Source: Patescibacteria group bacterium
GTDB taxonomy: Bacteria; Patescibacteriota; UBA1384; XYA2-FULL-43-10; 1-14-0-10-43-13
Assembly: GCA_041674765.1 (NCBI GenBank)
Contig: JBAYVE010000002.1
Span: forward strand, 113,467 to 177,466
Reading direction: 5' to 3'
Length of the DNA: 64,000 nt
Of the stretch, positions 29,099-38,671 are shown piece by piece. The position numbers and the translations under genes are program-made. A model generated the notes under the pieces. The model was not told the DNA's origin, ran no database searches, and saw only the letters and a program-made list of their open reading frames with translations. Each line of letters opens with the position of its first letter. Position 1 is the stretch's first letter.

Positions 29099-31201
29099 AT
29101 GAATTTAGTAATCGTTGAGTCGCCGGCAAAGGCAAAAACAATTGAGAAATTTCTTGGCAAGGATTATAAGGTTCTTGCTTCTTTTGGCCACGTCCGTGAC
29201 TTGCCGCAGAAGTCCCTTGGTATAAATGTTGAAAAAAATTATGCTCCTGAATATTCGATTCTACCAAAGGCGAAGAAAACTATCTCAGATCTCAAGGGCT
29301 ATGCGGATAAGGCGGATATAATCTATCTGGCAACCGACTTAGACCGTGAAGGGGAGGCAATCTCCTGGCATCTGGCAGAAGCGTTGAAAATCAAGGATAA
29401 AGGTAGATCAAAAAGAATTGTTTTTCATGAGATCACCAAATCTGCTCTGGAAAAAGCGGTCCAAAATCCTCGGGACCTTGATATGAATTTGGTTGATGCG
29501 CAGCAAGCCAGAAGAGTTTTAGACAGGCTCGTCGGTTATAAACTTTCTCCCTTTCTCTGGAAAAAGGTAAAAGCCGGATTGTCAGCCGGACGCGTCCAAT
29601 CCGTGGCAGTCAGATTAGTCGTTGAGAAAGAACGTGAAATCATAGCTTTCAAACCGAGGGAATTCTGGGTTTTGGGGGTAGATTTATCTAAACAAAATAA
29701 CAAAAAAGTATTCTCGGCATACCTTGTTGAAATTGACGGTAAAGGTATGACAAAGTATGACATTGGTGATAAAAAAGCTGCTGATCTGATTGAAAAAGAT
29801 CTAAAAGATGCGTCTTACAAAGTTCTTGATGTCAAGGAAAAGGAAAGCATTCGCAAACCCTCGATTCCTTTCACAACATCCGCTCTTCAGATCGAAGCTT
29901 CGAGGAAGCTTGGTTTTTCGCCAAAGCAGACGATGATGCTGGCACAACATCTTTATGAGGCAGGTCATATTACCTATATGCGTACTGACTCAACTAACTT
30001 ATCGGACGAGGCGTTATCTGCTATTCAAAAAGTTATCATCGGTGAATTCGGCCAGAATTATTTGGAGTCCAGAAAATTTAAGACTAAGGCCAAACATGCA
30101 CAAGAGGCTCACGAGGCTATCCGTCCTTCGCATTTTGAAAATAAAAAGGTAACAGACGATGCGCGCGGTCAAAGACTTTATGATCTAATCTGGCGCCGAA
30201 CGGTAGCCTCCCAAATGAAAGATGCAATTTTCACAGTCATCAATGCTAGAATTAGTGCAAAGACAGCTAAAGAATTCATTTTCTTAACCAGCGGCGAGAA
30301 AATGAAATTTGACGGCTTTATGAAAGTTTATGTTGAGAGTTCAGAGGAAGAGGAGATAAAGGAGAGCACAATTCCGGCGCTTGCAGCGGGTGAAATTCTT
30401 GACTTCCACGAACTAATTAAAGATCAGAAATTTACAGAACCGCCAAAACGCTACTCTGAGGCTATGCTTGTCAAAAAGTTAGAAGGTCTCGGAATTGGCC
30501 GTCCATCGACTTATGCGCCGACCTTGGAGACTATTCAGCATAGAGGATATGTAATTTTAGAGGAGAAGAGGTTTAAGCCCCAGGAAATCGGCATGATCGT
30601 AACTGATCTATTGGTTGCCAACTTCCCCCAAATCGTAGATTACAAATTTACTGCAGAGATGGAAGATGAACTTGATGATATCGCGGACGGAAAACGTGAA
30701 TGGGTCTCGGTCATCGACGAATTTTATAAACCTTTTGAGAAAAATTTAGAGGTGAAGAGCAAAGAGATCAATAAAAAAGATATCATCAAAGATGAAATTT
30801 TGGAAGAAAAATGTCCCGAATGTGGTGAGCATCTGGTTATCAAACTGGGCCGTTATGGCAAATTTATTGCCTGTTCCGGATATCCGAAATGTAAATATTC
30901 GAGGCCTCTGGAGATTAGCGCTGAGGAAAAAGTGGAGGCAGCGGGCGAGGTTTGTGAAAAATGCGGGGGAAAGATGATTTTGAAAGAGGGTCGTTTTGGT
31001 AAATTCCTAGCCTGCGAAAATTATCCTAAATGCAAGAACACAAAACCGATTTCAAGCAAGACTGGTATTAAATGTCCCAAATGTGATAGTGGTGAGCTGG
31101 TTGAGAAGAAAACCAAAAGAAGAAGAACTTTTTGGGGTTGCTCGCGTTACCCGGAGTGCGATTATGCAACTTGGGAAGACCCGGCCAAAAAACCCGAATG
31201 A
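29099..31201 (+). CDS. topA: DNA topoisomerase I with C-terminal zinc ribbons
   Basis: Toprim N-terminus (MNLVIVESPAKAKTIEKFLG). There are three C-terminal C4 zinc fingers. Length is 700 aa. Confidence 0.9.
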   Translation: MNLVIVESPAKAKTIEKFLGKDYKVLASFGHVRDLPQKSLGINVEKNYAPEYSILPKAKKTISDLKGYADKADIIYLATDLDREGEAISWHLAEALKIKDKGRSKRIVFHEITKSALEKAVQNPRDLDMNLVDAQQARRVLDRLVGYKLSPFLWKKVKAGLSAGRVQSVAVRLVVEKEREIIAFKPREFWVLGVDLSKQNNKKVFSAYLVEIDGKGMTKYDIGDKKAADLIEKDLKDASYKVLDVKEKESIRKPSIPFTTSALQIEASRKLGFSPKQTMMLAQHLYEAGHITYMRTDSTNLSDEALSAIQKVIIGEFGQNYLESRKFKTKAKHAQEAHEAIRPSHFENKKVTDDARGQRLYDLIWRRTVASQMKDAIFTVINARISAKTAKEFIFLTSGEKMKFDGFMKVYVESSEEEEIKESTIPALAAGEILDFHELIKDQKFTEPPKRYSEAMLVKKLEGLGIGRPSTYAPTLETIQHRGYVILEEKRFKPQEIGMIVTDLLVANFPQIVDYKFTAEMEDELDDIADGKREWVSVIDEFYKPFEKNLEVKSKEINKKDIIKDEILEEKCPECGEHLVIKLGRYGKFIACSGYPKCKYSRPLEISAEEKVEAAGEVCEKCGGKMILKEGRFGKFLACENYPKCKNTKPISSKTGIKCPKCDSGELVEKKTKRRRTFWGCSRYPECDYATWEDPAKKPE

Positions 31202-31295
31202 TTTTTTGGAATTTCTAGATGCAGATCCCTCGGCAGGTTTTCAACCGCTCGGGACGACAGAGGCGCTGCGATTTCTAAACAAATCCTAATGACCG

Positions 31296-31445
31296 TGATT
31301 CCAAAAACCTTGCTATTACCCTGTTTATTATTGTTCGAGGAGGAACGACGAGAACTTTGGTCATTTGTTAGTATGGTGACAGACTTCTCATTTTTAAGAG
31401 CACCATTCGAAGAATAAATACATTTGATGGGTTTTAGGGAATTAC
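31296..31445 (-). mobile_element. MITE-like 150-bp repeat element, copy A (inverted relative to copies B and C)
   Basis: The reverse complement matches copy B (35687-35838) nearly base-for-base, including gttctcgtcgttcctcctcgaacaata. The ends are tgattccaaaaacc and gggttttagggaat. Confidence 0.6.
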
Positions 31446-31526
31446 TGCCAATGATTTAATTTCTAGATGACAAAATCTGAGTTTAAAAATTGAATAAAAA
31501 TTAAGAATTAAAAATTAATAATTTTA

Positions 31527-32126
31527 ATGTTGCCAACAAGTATCCAAAATCTAATCGATGAGTTCTCAAAACTTCCGGGAGTAGGGCCGAAAAGTGCGGC
31601 AAGACTGACCTTTTATCTGCTTACCAAGCCAAAAGGCGATATAGAGCAGCTTGGCAGTTCTGTTTTAAATTTGGCTCGGAATTTGAAATATTGTAAAGAG
31701 TGTTTTAATATTTGCGAAAACGATCTTTGTCAGATTTGTGCCGATGATCGTCGGAACCACCAGATTGTGATTGTTGTAGAAGAGCCTCTTGATGTTTTGG
31801 CGTTGGAAAAATCGGGCGGAATAGACGGAATTTACCATGTTCTTGGAGGCGTGATTTCTCCGATTAATGGCATCGGTCCGGATGATCTACGTATCAGTCA
31901 GCTCCTCGACCGGCTCGACGAAAGTGAAGATTTGGAAGTAATTTTGGCCACCAATCCAAACCTAGAAGGTGAAGCGACCGCAACTTATGTTAAAAACAAA
32001 ATTGCAGCATTGGGCAAAAATATCAAAATCACCAGAATCGCCCGGGGATTGCCTATCGGTGGTGATCTCGAATATGCCGATCAGGTCACTCTGAAACGAT
32101 CTCTCGAAGGAAGACGCGAATACTAG
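31527..32126 (+). CDS. recR: recombination protein RecR
   Basis: Has a helix-hairpin-helix (PGVGPKSAARL), a C4 zinc finger (CKEC…CQIC) and a Toprim domain. Confidence 0.9.
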   Translation: MLPTSIQNLIDEFSKLPGVGPKSAARLTFYLLTKPKGDIEQLGSSVLNLARNLKYCKECFNICENDLCQICADDRRNHQIVIVVEEPLDVLALEKSGGIDGIYHVLGGVISPINGIGPDDLRISQLLDRLDESEDLEVILATNPNLEGEATATYVKNKIAALGKNIKITRIARGLPIGGDLEYADQVTLKRSLEGRREY

Positions 32127-32357
32127 ATCCACCTTCGGTGGAATTTTTAAGTCCTAATTTCTAATTTTTAATCAAATTATAATTAAAAAATTAAAAATTC
32201 AATAAAAATTAAGAACTAAAAATTAAGAAATTATTTCGCATCAGACAAGCAAAAGCAATGCGCTAAATAGTTGGGGATAAGTTTACTTGACATTACCGAA
32301 AAATCACCGCTAAAATCGTTTAGTTAGCTTAAAATTAAAAACAAAAAAAGAGGTCAA

Positions 32358-32591
32358 ATGAGGGTCGAAGATAAATACTGTTGCCCCAATCCGGATTGTG
32401 CTTATATCGATTACAATGATGGCGAATGTCCTGAGTGCGGGAAAAAATTAGACAAAATAAAGGGTGATGAGTATCTTGCCTCCAATGATAATTTCGAGGA
32501 TGATAAAATTCAGCCGTTGGTATCGGATTTTGACGATGACCCTGATATGTGGTACGTAGATGGGGCTGACGAACAACTTGGCGCTATGTAA
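32358..32591 (+). CDS. small zinc-ribbon protein with acidic C-terminus
   Basis: AGAGG RBS. Contains CCPNPDC…CPEC. Confidence 0.5.
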   Translation: MRVEDKYCCPNPDCAYIDYNDGECPECGKKLDKIKGDEYLASNDNFEDDKIQPLVSDFDDDPDMWYVDGADEQLGAM

Positions 32592-32724
32592 TTGATAAAG
32601 TCCAACAAGATATAAAATTGAAAATTTAATAAAGTCTAACAAATAAAATAAATCGCTTCATCTACCTGAGGCGATTTTATTTTAGAATCATTTGTGCTAG
32701 GATTAGGGTAAAATTAAGGAGAAA

Positions 32725-34074
32725 ATGAAATTTTTTAACACTTTGAGTTCGAAAATCGAAGAATTTAAACCGATGAATCCGAGCGAGGTTACGATGTACA
32801 CTTGCGGACCTACAGTCTATGATTCGGTCCATATTGGCAATCTGCGTGCCTACGTTTTTGTTGACCTTCTAAAAAGAGCCCTGATTGCCGAAGGCTACGG
32901 AGTGAAACACGTAATGAATATCACCGATGTTGATGATAAGACCATAAGGAAATCGGATGGCAAAAGGGATAAGATTAAATCTTTGACGAAGAAATATGAG
33001 GATAAATTTTGGCAAGATTTCGATGAATCGAACAATATCCGACCCGATGTTGTAACGCGGGCGACTGAGTATGTGGAGAAAATGATTGTTTTCATCGAGG
33101 AATTGATTAAAAAAGGTTTTGCCTACAAAGCTACTGACGGCTCGGTATATTTTTCGATTGCTAAATTCACGGATTACGGTAAATTGGCAAAGTTGGATTT
33201 GTCAGAGCTAAAATCTGGTGCCAGAGTGGCCCAGGATGATTATACAAAAGAGAATCCTGCCGACTTTGTCCTTTGGAAAGCCTGGGACGAAAAAGACGGC
33301 GAAATCTTCTGGGATTCTTCTTTGGGTAAGGGCCGTCCTGGCTGGCATGTCGAATGCTCTGTTATGTCTACTGATGTCCTAGGGCCAACTATCGATATCC
33401 ATGCCGGTGGCATTGACCTTGTTTTTCCCCATCATGAAAATGAGATTGCACAATCAGAAGCCAAATCAGGTCAGAAGTTTGTCAACTTTTGGGTGCATAA
33501 TGAGCATCTACTGGTTAGCGGACAGAAGATGTCCAAGAGTTTGTCTAATTTTTACACGCTGGATGATATCAGGGAAAAAGGATTTTCAGCACTTGATTTC
33601 CGCTACTATGCTCTTGGCGCTCATTACCGTTCCAAGATGAACTACACTTGGGAAGGAATTGAGGGGGCTAAAAATGCGAGAGAGAGGCTGATGCGTTTGG
33701 TTGCGGGAATGAAAAGTCATAACGGCAAGGTTATTCAAAAGTATCTATCACAATTTAATGAAAAAATCTTTGATGATTTGAATGTTCCGGAGGCATTGGC
33801 GATTCTTTGGGAACTTGTTCGAGATGCTGAAATCCAACCTGAGAATAAACTTACGACAATTCTGGAGATGGACAAAGTTCTAGGATTGAACCTAGGTAAA
33901 AAACAGGAACCAGAAGTAATTCCGGCCGAGATCATTAAATTGGCGGATGAGCGTAAACAAGCTAGAAATGATAAAAAATTTGGCAGATCAGATGAGATAC
34001 GGGAAGAAATGCTAGAAAAGGGTTGGAGAGTAGAGGACTTGGCTAATAATAATTATAAGATAGTTAAAGCATAA
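32725..34074 (+). CDS. cysS: cysteinyl-tRNA synthetase
   Basis: AAGGAG RBS. Carries the CGPTVYDSVHIGN (HIGH) and KMSKSLSN motifs. Confidence 0.9.
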   Translation: MKFFNTLSSKIEEFKPMNPSEVTMYTCGPTVYDSVHIGNLRAYVFVDLLKRALIAEGYGVKHVMNITDVDDKTIRKSDGKRDKIKSLTKKYEDKFWQDFDESNNIRPDVVTRATEYVEKMIVFIEELIKKGFAYKATDGSVYFSIAKFTDYGKLAKLDLSELKSGARVAQDDYTKENPADFVLWKAWDEKDGEIFWDSSLGKGRPGWHVECSVMSTDVLGPTIDIHAGGIDLVFPHHENEIAQSEAKSGQKFVNFWVHNEHLLVSGQKMSKSLSNFYTLDDIREKGFSALDFRYYALGAHYRSKMNYTWEGIEGAKNARERLMRLVAGMKSHNGKVIQKYLSQFNEKIFDDLNVPEALAILWELVRDAEIQPENKLTTILEMDKVLGLNLGKKQEPEVIPAEIIKLADERKQARNDKKFGRSDEIREEMLEKGWRVEDLANNNYKIVKA

Positions 34075-34176
34075 AGCTTAAAGCGAAAAGCATAAAGCCT
34101 AAAGCCGAAAGCGAAAAGCTTAAAGCATAAAGCAGAAAGCATAAAGCATAAAGCAGAAAGCATAAAGCATAAAGCG
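34064..34176. repeat. heptamer/nonamer tandem array (NNAAAGC)n, left arm of an inverted repeat flanking the four-helix-bundle gene
   Basis: ttaaagcataaagcttaaagcgaaaagcataaagcctaaagccgaaagc…cataaagcataaagcg. The array starts inside the cysS 3' end. A partner array with reversed polarity lies at 34541-34569 (ggctttcggctttgagctttttgcttta). Confidence 0.6.
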
Positions 34177-34182
34177 ATTGTG

Positions 34183-34536
34183 ATGAATACGATAAAAAAA
34201 TTTGAGGATCTCATTGTTTGGCAAAAATCCAGGTTATTGGTAACTGACTGTTATTTCACTTTTGAGTTTATCAAGGATTTTTCATTTAAAGATCAATTAT
34301 GCAGGGCTGCCGTTTCTATTATGAACAATATTGCTGAGGGTTATGAAAGAAAAGGAGACAAGGAATTCGGACGGTTTCTTTATATCGCAAAAGGCTCTTC
34401 AGGTGAATTTAGATCCATGCTTTATGCGGCTTCAGATCTAAAGTATATTACAAAAGACCAATTTTTAAATTTTTGTGGCCGATCCGAAGAGATCTCTCGG
34501 CTTTTAGTTGGTTTAATAAAAAGAATGAATACTTAA
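34183..34536 (+). CDS. four-helix-bundle protein (23S rRNA intervening-sequence-type protein family)
   Basis: About 117 aa. The IKKFEDLIVWQKSRLL…IAEGYER…GSSGEF pattern is typical of this family. Confidence 0.75.
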   Translation: MNTIKKFEDLIVWQKSRLLVTDCYFTFEFIKDFSFKDQLCRAAVSIMNNIAEGYERKGDKEFGRFLYIAKGSSGEFRSMLYAASDLKYITKDQFLNFCGRSEEISRLLVGLIKRMNT

Positions 34537-34576
34537 TGGAGGCTTTCGGCTTTGAGCTTTTTGCTTTAAACTTATT

Positions 34577-35626
34577 ATGAATTTTTGGAAAGATGTTGAT
34601 AGACCAATCAAAGTTCTCTCACCGATGGCCGGATATACCGACTCGGCTTTTCGTGTTCTGTGCCGCGAATTTGGCGCTGATGTGGTGATCACGGAGCTGA
34701 TTTCTGCAGATGCTATAGCCTACGGCAAATTTGAAATCCAAAATTTGAAATCCGAAACAAATTCTAATTCTAAAATTCAAAAACTAAATCAAACAATAGT
34801 TACAGGAAAAAATACTTCTACGGCGGAGATGTTATCTTTTTGCGAAGAAGAACGGCCTTTGGTGGTCCAATTATTTGGAAAATATCCAGCAAAATTTGGC
34901 ATAGCGGCTAAATGGGTTACTGAAAATTTAAAGCCAGATGGGATCGATATCAATATGGGTTGTCCCGCTAGAAAAGTGGTCAATTCTGATCATGGCGCAG
35001 CATTGCTAAAAAATCCTGATTTAGCTATCGAAATTGTAAAAGCAGTGAAGGAAAATACCGATTTGCCGGTCTCTGTCAAAACAAGACTTGGCTGGGACAA
35101 TGACGACCAAATTCTAGAGTTCGCGCCGAAACTCGCCAGCGCGGGGATTGACGCTTTGATTGTTCATGGGCGAACCTATAAAGATGGGTTCAAAGGGAAG
35201 GCTAGGTGGGAAAATATTTATAAGGTGAAAGCGTTGCTTCCGAATTTAACTGTAGTTGGCAACGGAGACATAGATTCAATTTTCAGTGTCATGCCCGTGA
35301 AGGCGGACCAGGAAAATAATGAATTGGATCCCCGGGTCAGGCCCGAGGATGACACTATTGGGCTGGACGGCTATGCCATCGGCCGAGCAACTTTTGGCAA
35401 GCCATGGATATTTTCGAAAGCTGAAGTTTCGAAAGACGAGTTGAAGGTGATAATTTTGCGGCATGCTAAACTTGTCTATCGAACAAAGGGTGATTATGGC
35501 ATGGTTGAATTTAGAAAACATCTCCTGGCTTATCTAAAAGATTTTCCAGGGGCTAAAGAGCTGAGGAAGAAAGCAGTTGCGATTAAAACACTTGATGAGG
35601 TTAAAGGAATTCTGGAATTGGTTTAA
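34577..35626 (+). CDS. dus: tRNA-dihydrouridine synthase with an in-frame repeat-derived insertion
   Basis: Flavin-binding TIM-barrel motifs are present (LSPMAGYTDSAFR…VQLFG…DINMGCPARKV…KTRLGWD). The segment YGKFEIQNLKSETNSNSKIQ is encoded by a copy of the AAATTYGAAATCC repeat. Confidence 0.85.
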   Translation: MNFWKDVDRPIKVLSPMAGYTDSAFRVLCREFGADVVITELISADAIAYGKFEIQNLKSETNSNSKIQKLNQTIVTGKNTSTAEMLSFCEEERPLVVQLFGKYPAKFGIAAKWVTENLKPDGIDINMGCPARKVVNSDHGAALLKNPDLAIEIVKAVKENTDLPVSVKTRLGWDNDDQILEFAPKLASAGIDALIVHGRTYKDGFKGKARWENIYKVKALLPNLTVVGNGDIDSIFSVMPVKADQENNELDPRVRPEDDTIGLDGYAIGRATFGKPWIFSKAEVSKDELKVIILRHAKLVYRTKGDYGMVEFRKHLLAYLKDFPGAKELRKKAVAIKTLDEVKGILELV

Positions 35627-35686
35627 GGTCTATCGTTCGAACAAGGTGAGAACTAATCTATTTTTACGTGAGAACAAAACAAAACC

Positions 35687-35838
35687 GTCATTCCCTAAAA
35701 CCCTATTAAATGTATTTATTCTTCGAATGGTGCTCTTAAAAATGAGAAGTCTGTCACTGTATTAATAAATGACCATAGTTCTCGTCGTTCCTCCTCGAAC
35801 AATAAGAAACAGGGAAATAGCAAGGTTTTTGGAATCAC
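35687..35838 (+). mobile_element. MITE-like 150-bp repeat element, copy B
   Basis: Begins immediately after the dus stop. The termini are cgtcattccctaaaacc and ggtttttggaatca. It shares an internal core with copies A and C. Confidence 0.6.
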
Positions 35839-35850
35839 AGAACGAAACTA

Positions 35851-35879
35851 TTGACAAGATAATAATCTTATGGTAATAT
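35851..35879 (+). promoter_or_regulatory. candidate promoter abutting MITE copy B (TTGACA-N17-TAATAT)
   Basis: ttgaca at 35851-35856 and taatat at 35874-35879. It would drive the structured leader and the GC-rich gene pair at 36352-38450. Confidence 0.4.
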
Positions 35880-36351
35880 AACAAAGTAAGTTAACGCTTA
35901 GGCGTTTAATTCACAAAGCGAGGGCTGGGACGCAAATTTTTTTTTATTTGCATTCCATTCTCGTTTTTTGTTTCTTCAAATCCGACTGGGACCTTGGGAC
36001 ATTAGGGCACTAGGTTTTCCGGCTGACTAGCAGAGAGGCCCCTTAAAAAATGCGGGTCTTGCCAAGTCAGCTTCTAGCGTTTCTCACCTTCTTCCTGGTT
36101 GGATTCGAGGAAACAATTTGTGAAAATTTTACAAATAGGTAGTCGAATGCTTGTACAATTGAACAAATTTGCTAAAAAAATAGAGCGTTGTAGAGATTAA
36201 AATAGTGTTTAAATATTCTGATTGCCAGAGTTAAGCTTTAACTTTGGCAAGCGGAATTTTCCGCTAATCGACTCAACCATGACGTGCCAATCCCATGGTG
36301 GGGTGGCACATTTTCATTTTGAGGACCTTTTAGGACAAGGAGGCGCACAAG

Positions 36352-37614
36352 ATGCGTAAACTGCTGGCCGTATTAACGGTAGTTCTTCTGCTGACCATTG
36401 CGGTCAGCACCGGCGCTTATGCCGAAGGATTTCTTTTGCTTCCACTGACGTTTACCCACAGCGAGAAGGAGGCTAAGGCAGCGATTTTTGTCGAGGCCAA
36501 CAAGTATGACCCCAGTGGAAAACCACAGGGTTGGACTGACGCGGAGAAAAAAATGCTCAGTCCCGTCTTCGGGAGCACGCTGGAACTCCGATTTACCGCA
36601 GCTCTAAAAACAGTGACAGAGAATAAGAGCCATAAGGTAAAACGGCCCGTTTCCACGGAGTGGTACAGCCCAAGATCAACTACATCGGGCGTGCCTTATG
36701 ATTATTCGGATAATGCGAAGGCACGTGCCGAAAATGAGGCACTGAGATTAAGGCCTTCGGATCCGACTGACGCGTGTTCGCCAGTAAAGCTCATGTTGTA
36801 TCCGGCGCAAGTGTTGAATAGGAACACTTATACACCGGGTATCAATAACAAGTCGATGTGGTTACGAGTGGTCAACGGATTGTACATCGTAGACCAGCTC
36901 AAGATGATCTTCAAGATTACCCAGGTATCGGGAAATGATATCTGGGTGCAGGTCGTCTGTCAGTTCGTTGCCACTTGCGACGAGATCTATCCTGTCGACA
37001 CCGGCAATGCCGGAAAGAAAACGGCGACACAGGATGTGATCGATGATATCTTCTGCCGGCTGGATGAGCTTGATGAGATAGACACTGATCATGCCGATCA
37101 GATCACCGCTGTAAAAAACGATATCTGCACGCTAGCGGCTCAGATCGGCATCATCACTGATGACATTGCCGAACTGAAGCGCAAGCTGAACGAGTATGCG
37201 GCGGAGGCTAACAAGCCAAGACCGCCAATCGTTGTCTACGGAGGTCACCAGGGTCAACCTGGTCCTATCACGCACCAGACTCGCAGAGTCAGGTTTACCA
37301 TCGCGTTCGTTGATTATATCAGCGCGAAGATGCCGGTCGACAGTAAAGGTCGGTATGTGGCCGGTTCTCTCGAGGAACTGCGCCGTTATGGCTGCCGTCT
37401 GACGGCAACGACGATGGAGTGTATCAGCGGGAACGAGTGGATCGGAGACGGGCTTGCCCGTTATCATGATACGCCCATTGAGGAAGGAGTTCAGATGTTC
37501 AGCATCCTTGCGGCGAAGGACGATTGGCGCGAGAAGACGATATTCGTGGACTTCGGCCTGGAAAATCGATATCTTGTTGTCCCTGTGAAGGGGCGAGAGT
37601 ATGAGGTGAGATGA
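36352..37614 (+). CDS. secreted hypothetical protein (GC-rich island gene 1)
   Basis: AAGGAGG RBS. The signal peptide is MRKLLAVLTVVLLLTIAVSTGAYA. Composition is clearly GC-richer than the flanks. Confidence 0.55.
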   Translation: MRKLLAVLTVVLLLTIAVSTGAYAEGFLLLPLTFTHSEKEAKAAIFVEANKYDPSGKPQGWTDAEKKMLSPVFGSTLELRFTAALKTVTENKSHKVKRPVSTEWYSPRSTTSGVPYDYSDNAKARAENEALRLRPSDPTDACSPVKLMLYPAQVLNRNTYTPGINNKSMWLRVVNGLYIVDQLKMIFKITQVSGNDIWVQVVCQFVATCDEIYPVDTGNAGKKTATQDVIDDIFCRLDELDEIDTDHADQITAVKNDICTLAAQIGIITDDIAELKRKLNEYAAEANKPRPPIVVYGGHQGQPGPITHQTRRVRFTIAFVDYISAKMPVDSKGRYVAGSLEELRRYGCRLTATTMECISGNEWIGDGLARYHDTPIEEGVQMFSILAAKDDWREKTIFVDFGLENRYLVVPVKGREYEVR

Positions 37615-38450
37615 TGATGAAATTATTCATACTGTTGGCGTTTATCGCCTGCTCATTCGCGGCAGCAATGCCTGCACCGGACAAATCTTATGCCCAGAAT
37701 CATTCTGGGCAGCCGGAGACGGCAATGACACCCGTTGGTCTCGAAGGCGCTGTTGTGACCACGGATTGGGTCAAACAGCGGATTACGATCATCATTCCTG
37801 CTCAGAAGATCGTCGGTGATGTCATCATCGACTTGCCGAAGATCTCAAACGAACAGGAAGTTCGTGCGAAAATCCGAGTGTGGATTCGCGAGCAGGAGCG
37901 TTGCCGCAAAGGCAAATGGAGCGCCAATTACAAGTGGGGCCTTGAGGAAAGGATGGTTCAACTTGTCCGCGGCAAAGCGGCGCATTTCCCGCTCTACCGT
38001 GACAACTTGAGCTACGATGCCCAATATCAGGGCATCGAAGTGATCGCGGAATTCGCGAAAGCGATCGGCTACACCTCGGAGATTTGTATCGAGGTGGATA
38101 TACCCATCGCGCCGAAATTTCCTTCTTTCGAGACGAGGAGCTCCTCCTTTACGTTAGAGTCGACGAAGCTTGGCGAACCGCTTCGTCCGACAATTCACAA
38201 GAAGGATCGTGAGGAAAAGCAGGAATGTAAAGAAACTCCTGTGGTAAGCGAAGCATTGGTTAACCCCGGGCTTCGCATTGCGGATCTGCTCCGCACTCGC
38301 GATTCCCAGATCGGGTACTTCGGGTATGGCTGGTGGAGTAGACAGATACAGCAGTGCACTCCACCTCAACCGGGGCCAAACCCGACCCCGCCCTGTACGC
38401 CCCTACCTCCGGTCCAAAACCCGCCCGGAATTTCGACCGGCAACACCTAA
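37611..38450 (+). CDS. secreted hypothetical protein with Pro-rich C-terminus (GC-rich island gene 2)
   Basis: ATGA overlap with the upstream gene. There is a signal peptide. The C-terminus is CTPPQPGPNPTPPCTPLPPVQNPPG. Confidence 0.5.
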   Translation: MMMKLFILLAFIACSFAAAMPAPDKSYAQNHSGQPETAMTPVGLEGAVVTTDWVKQRITIIIPAQKIVGDVIIDLPKISNEQEVRAKIRVWIREQERCRKGKWSANYKWGLEERMVQLVRGKAAHFPLYRDNLSYDAQYQGIEVIAEFAKAIGYTSEICIEVDIPIAPKFPSFETRSSSFTLESTKLGEPLRPTIHKKDREEKQECKETPVVSEALVNPGLRIADLLRTRDSQIGYFGYGWWSRQIQQCTPPQPGPNPTPPCTPLPPVQNPPGISTGNT

Positions 38451-38671
38451 GGAGTGTTTGCCGGATATATCCTCCCCCGACCGCCACGTGTAACGTGGGG
38501 CGGGGGTCTCTCTAGAGCGATCAACAGATCAATATTAAGGCATGAATATCAAGCTTTAAGTCGAAATGTTTATCCCTCTAGTAGCGATTAAAAAGAATTG
38601 CTATTGAATTATTTGAACAAGTAGGTATTAATTAATTAGCTTTATGCTAAAAGTTATCAAGAAAGGTAAAA

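Noticed and set aside
35880-36350. tRNA or tmRNA in the long intergenic leader of GC island 1
   Set aside because: I could not find an acceptor-stem/T-arm arrangement or a GGTTCGAATCC-like T-loop. There is no CCA-adjacent complement and no tag-peptide reading frame. I kept it only as a structured-leader hypothesis.
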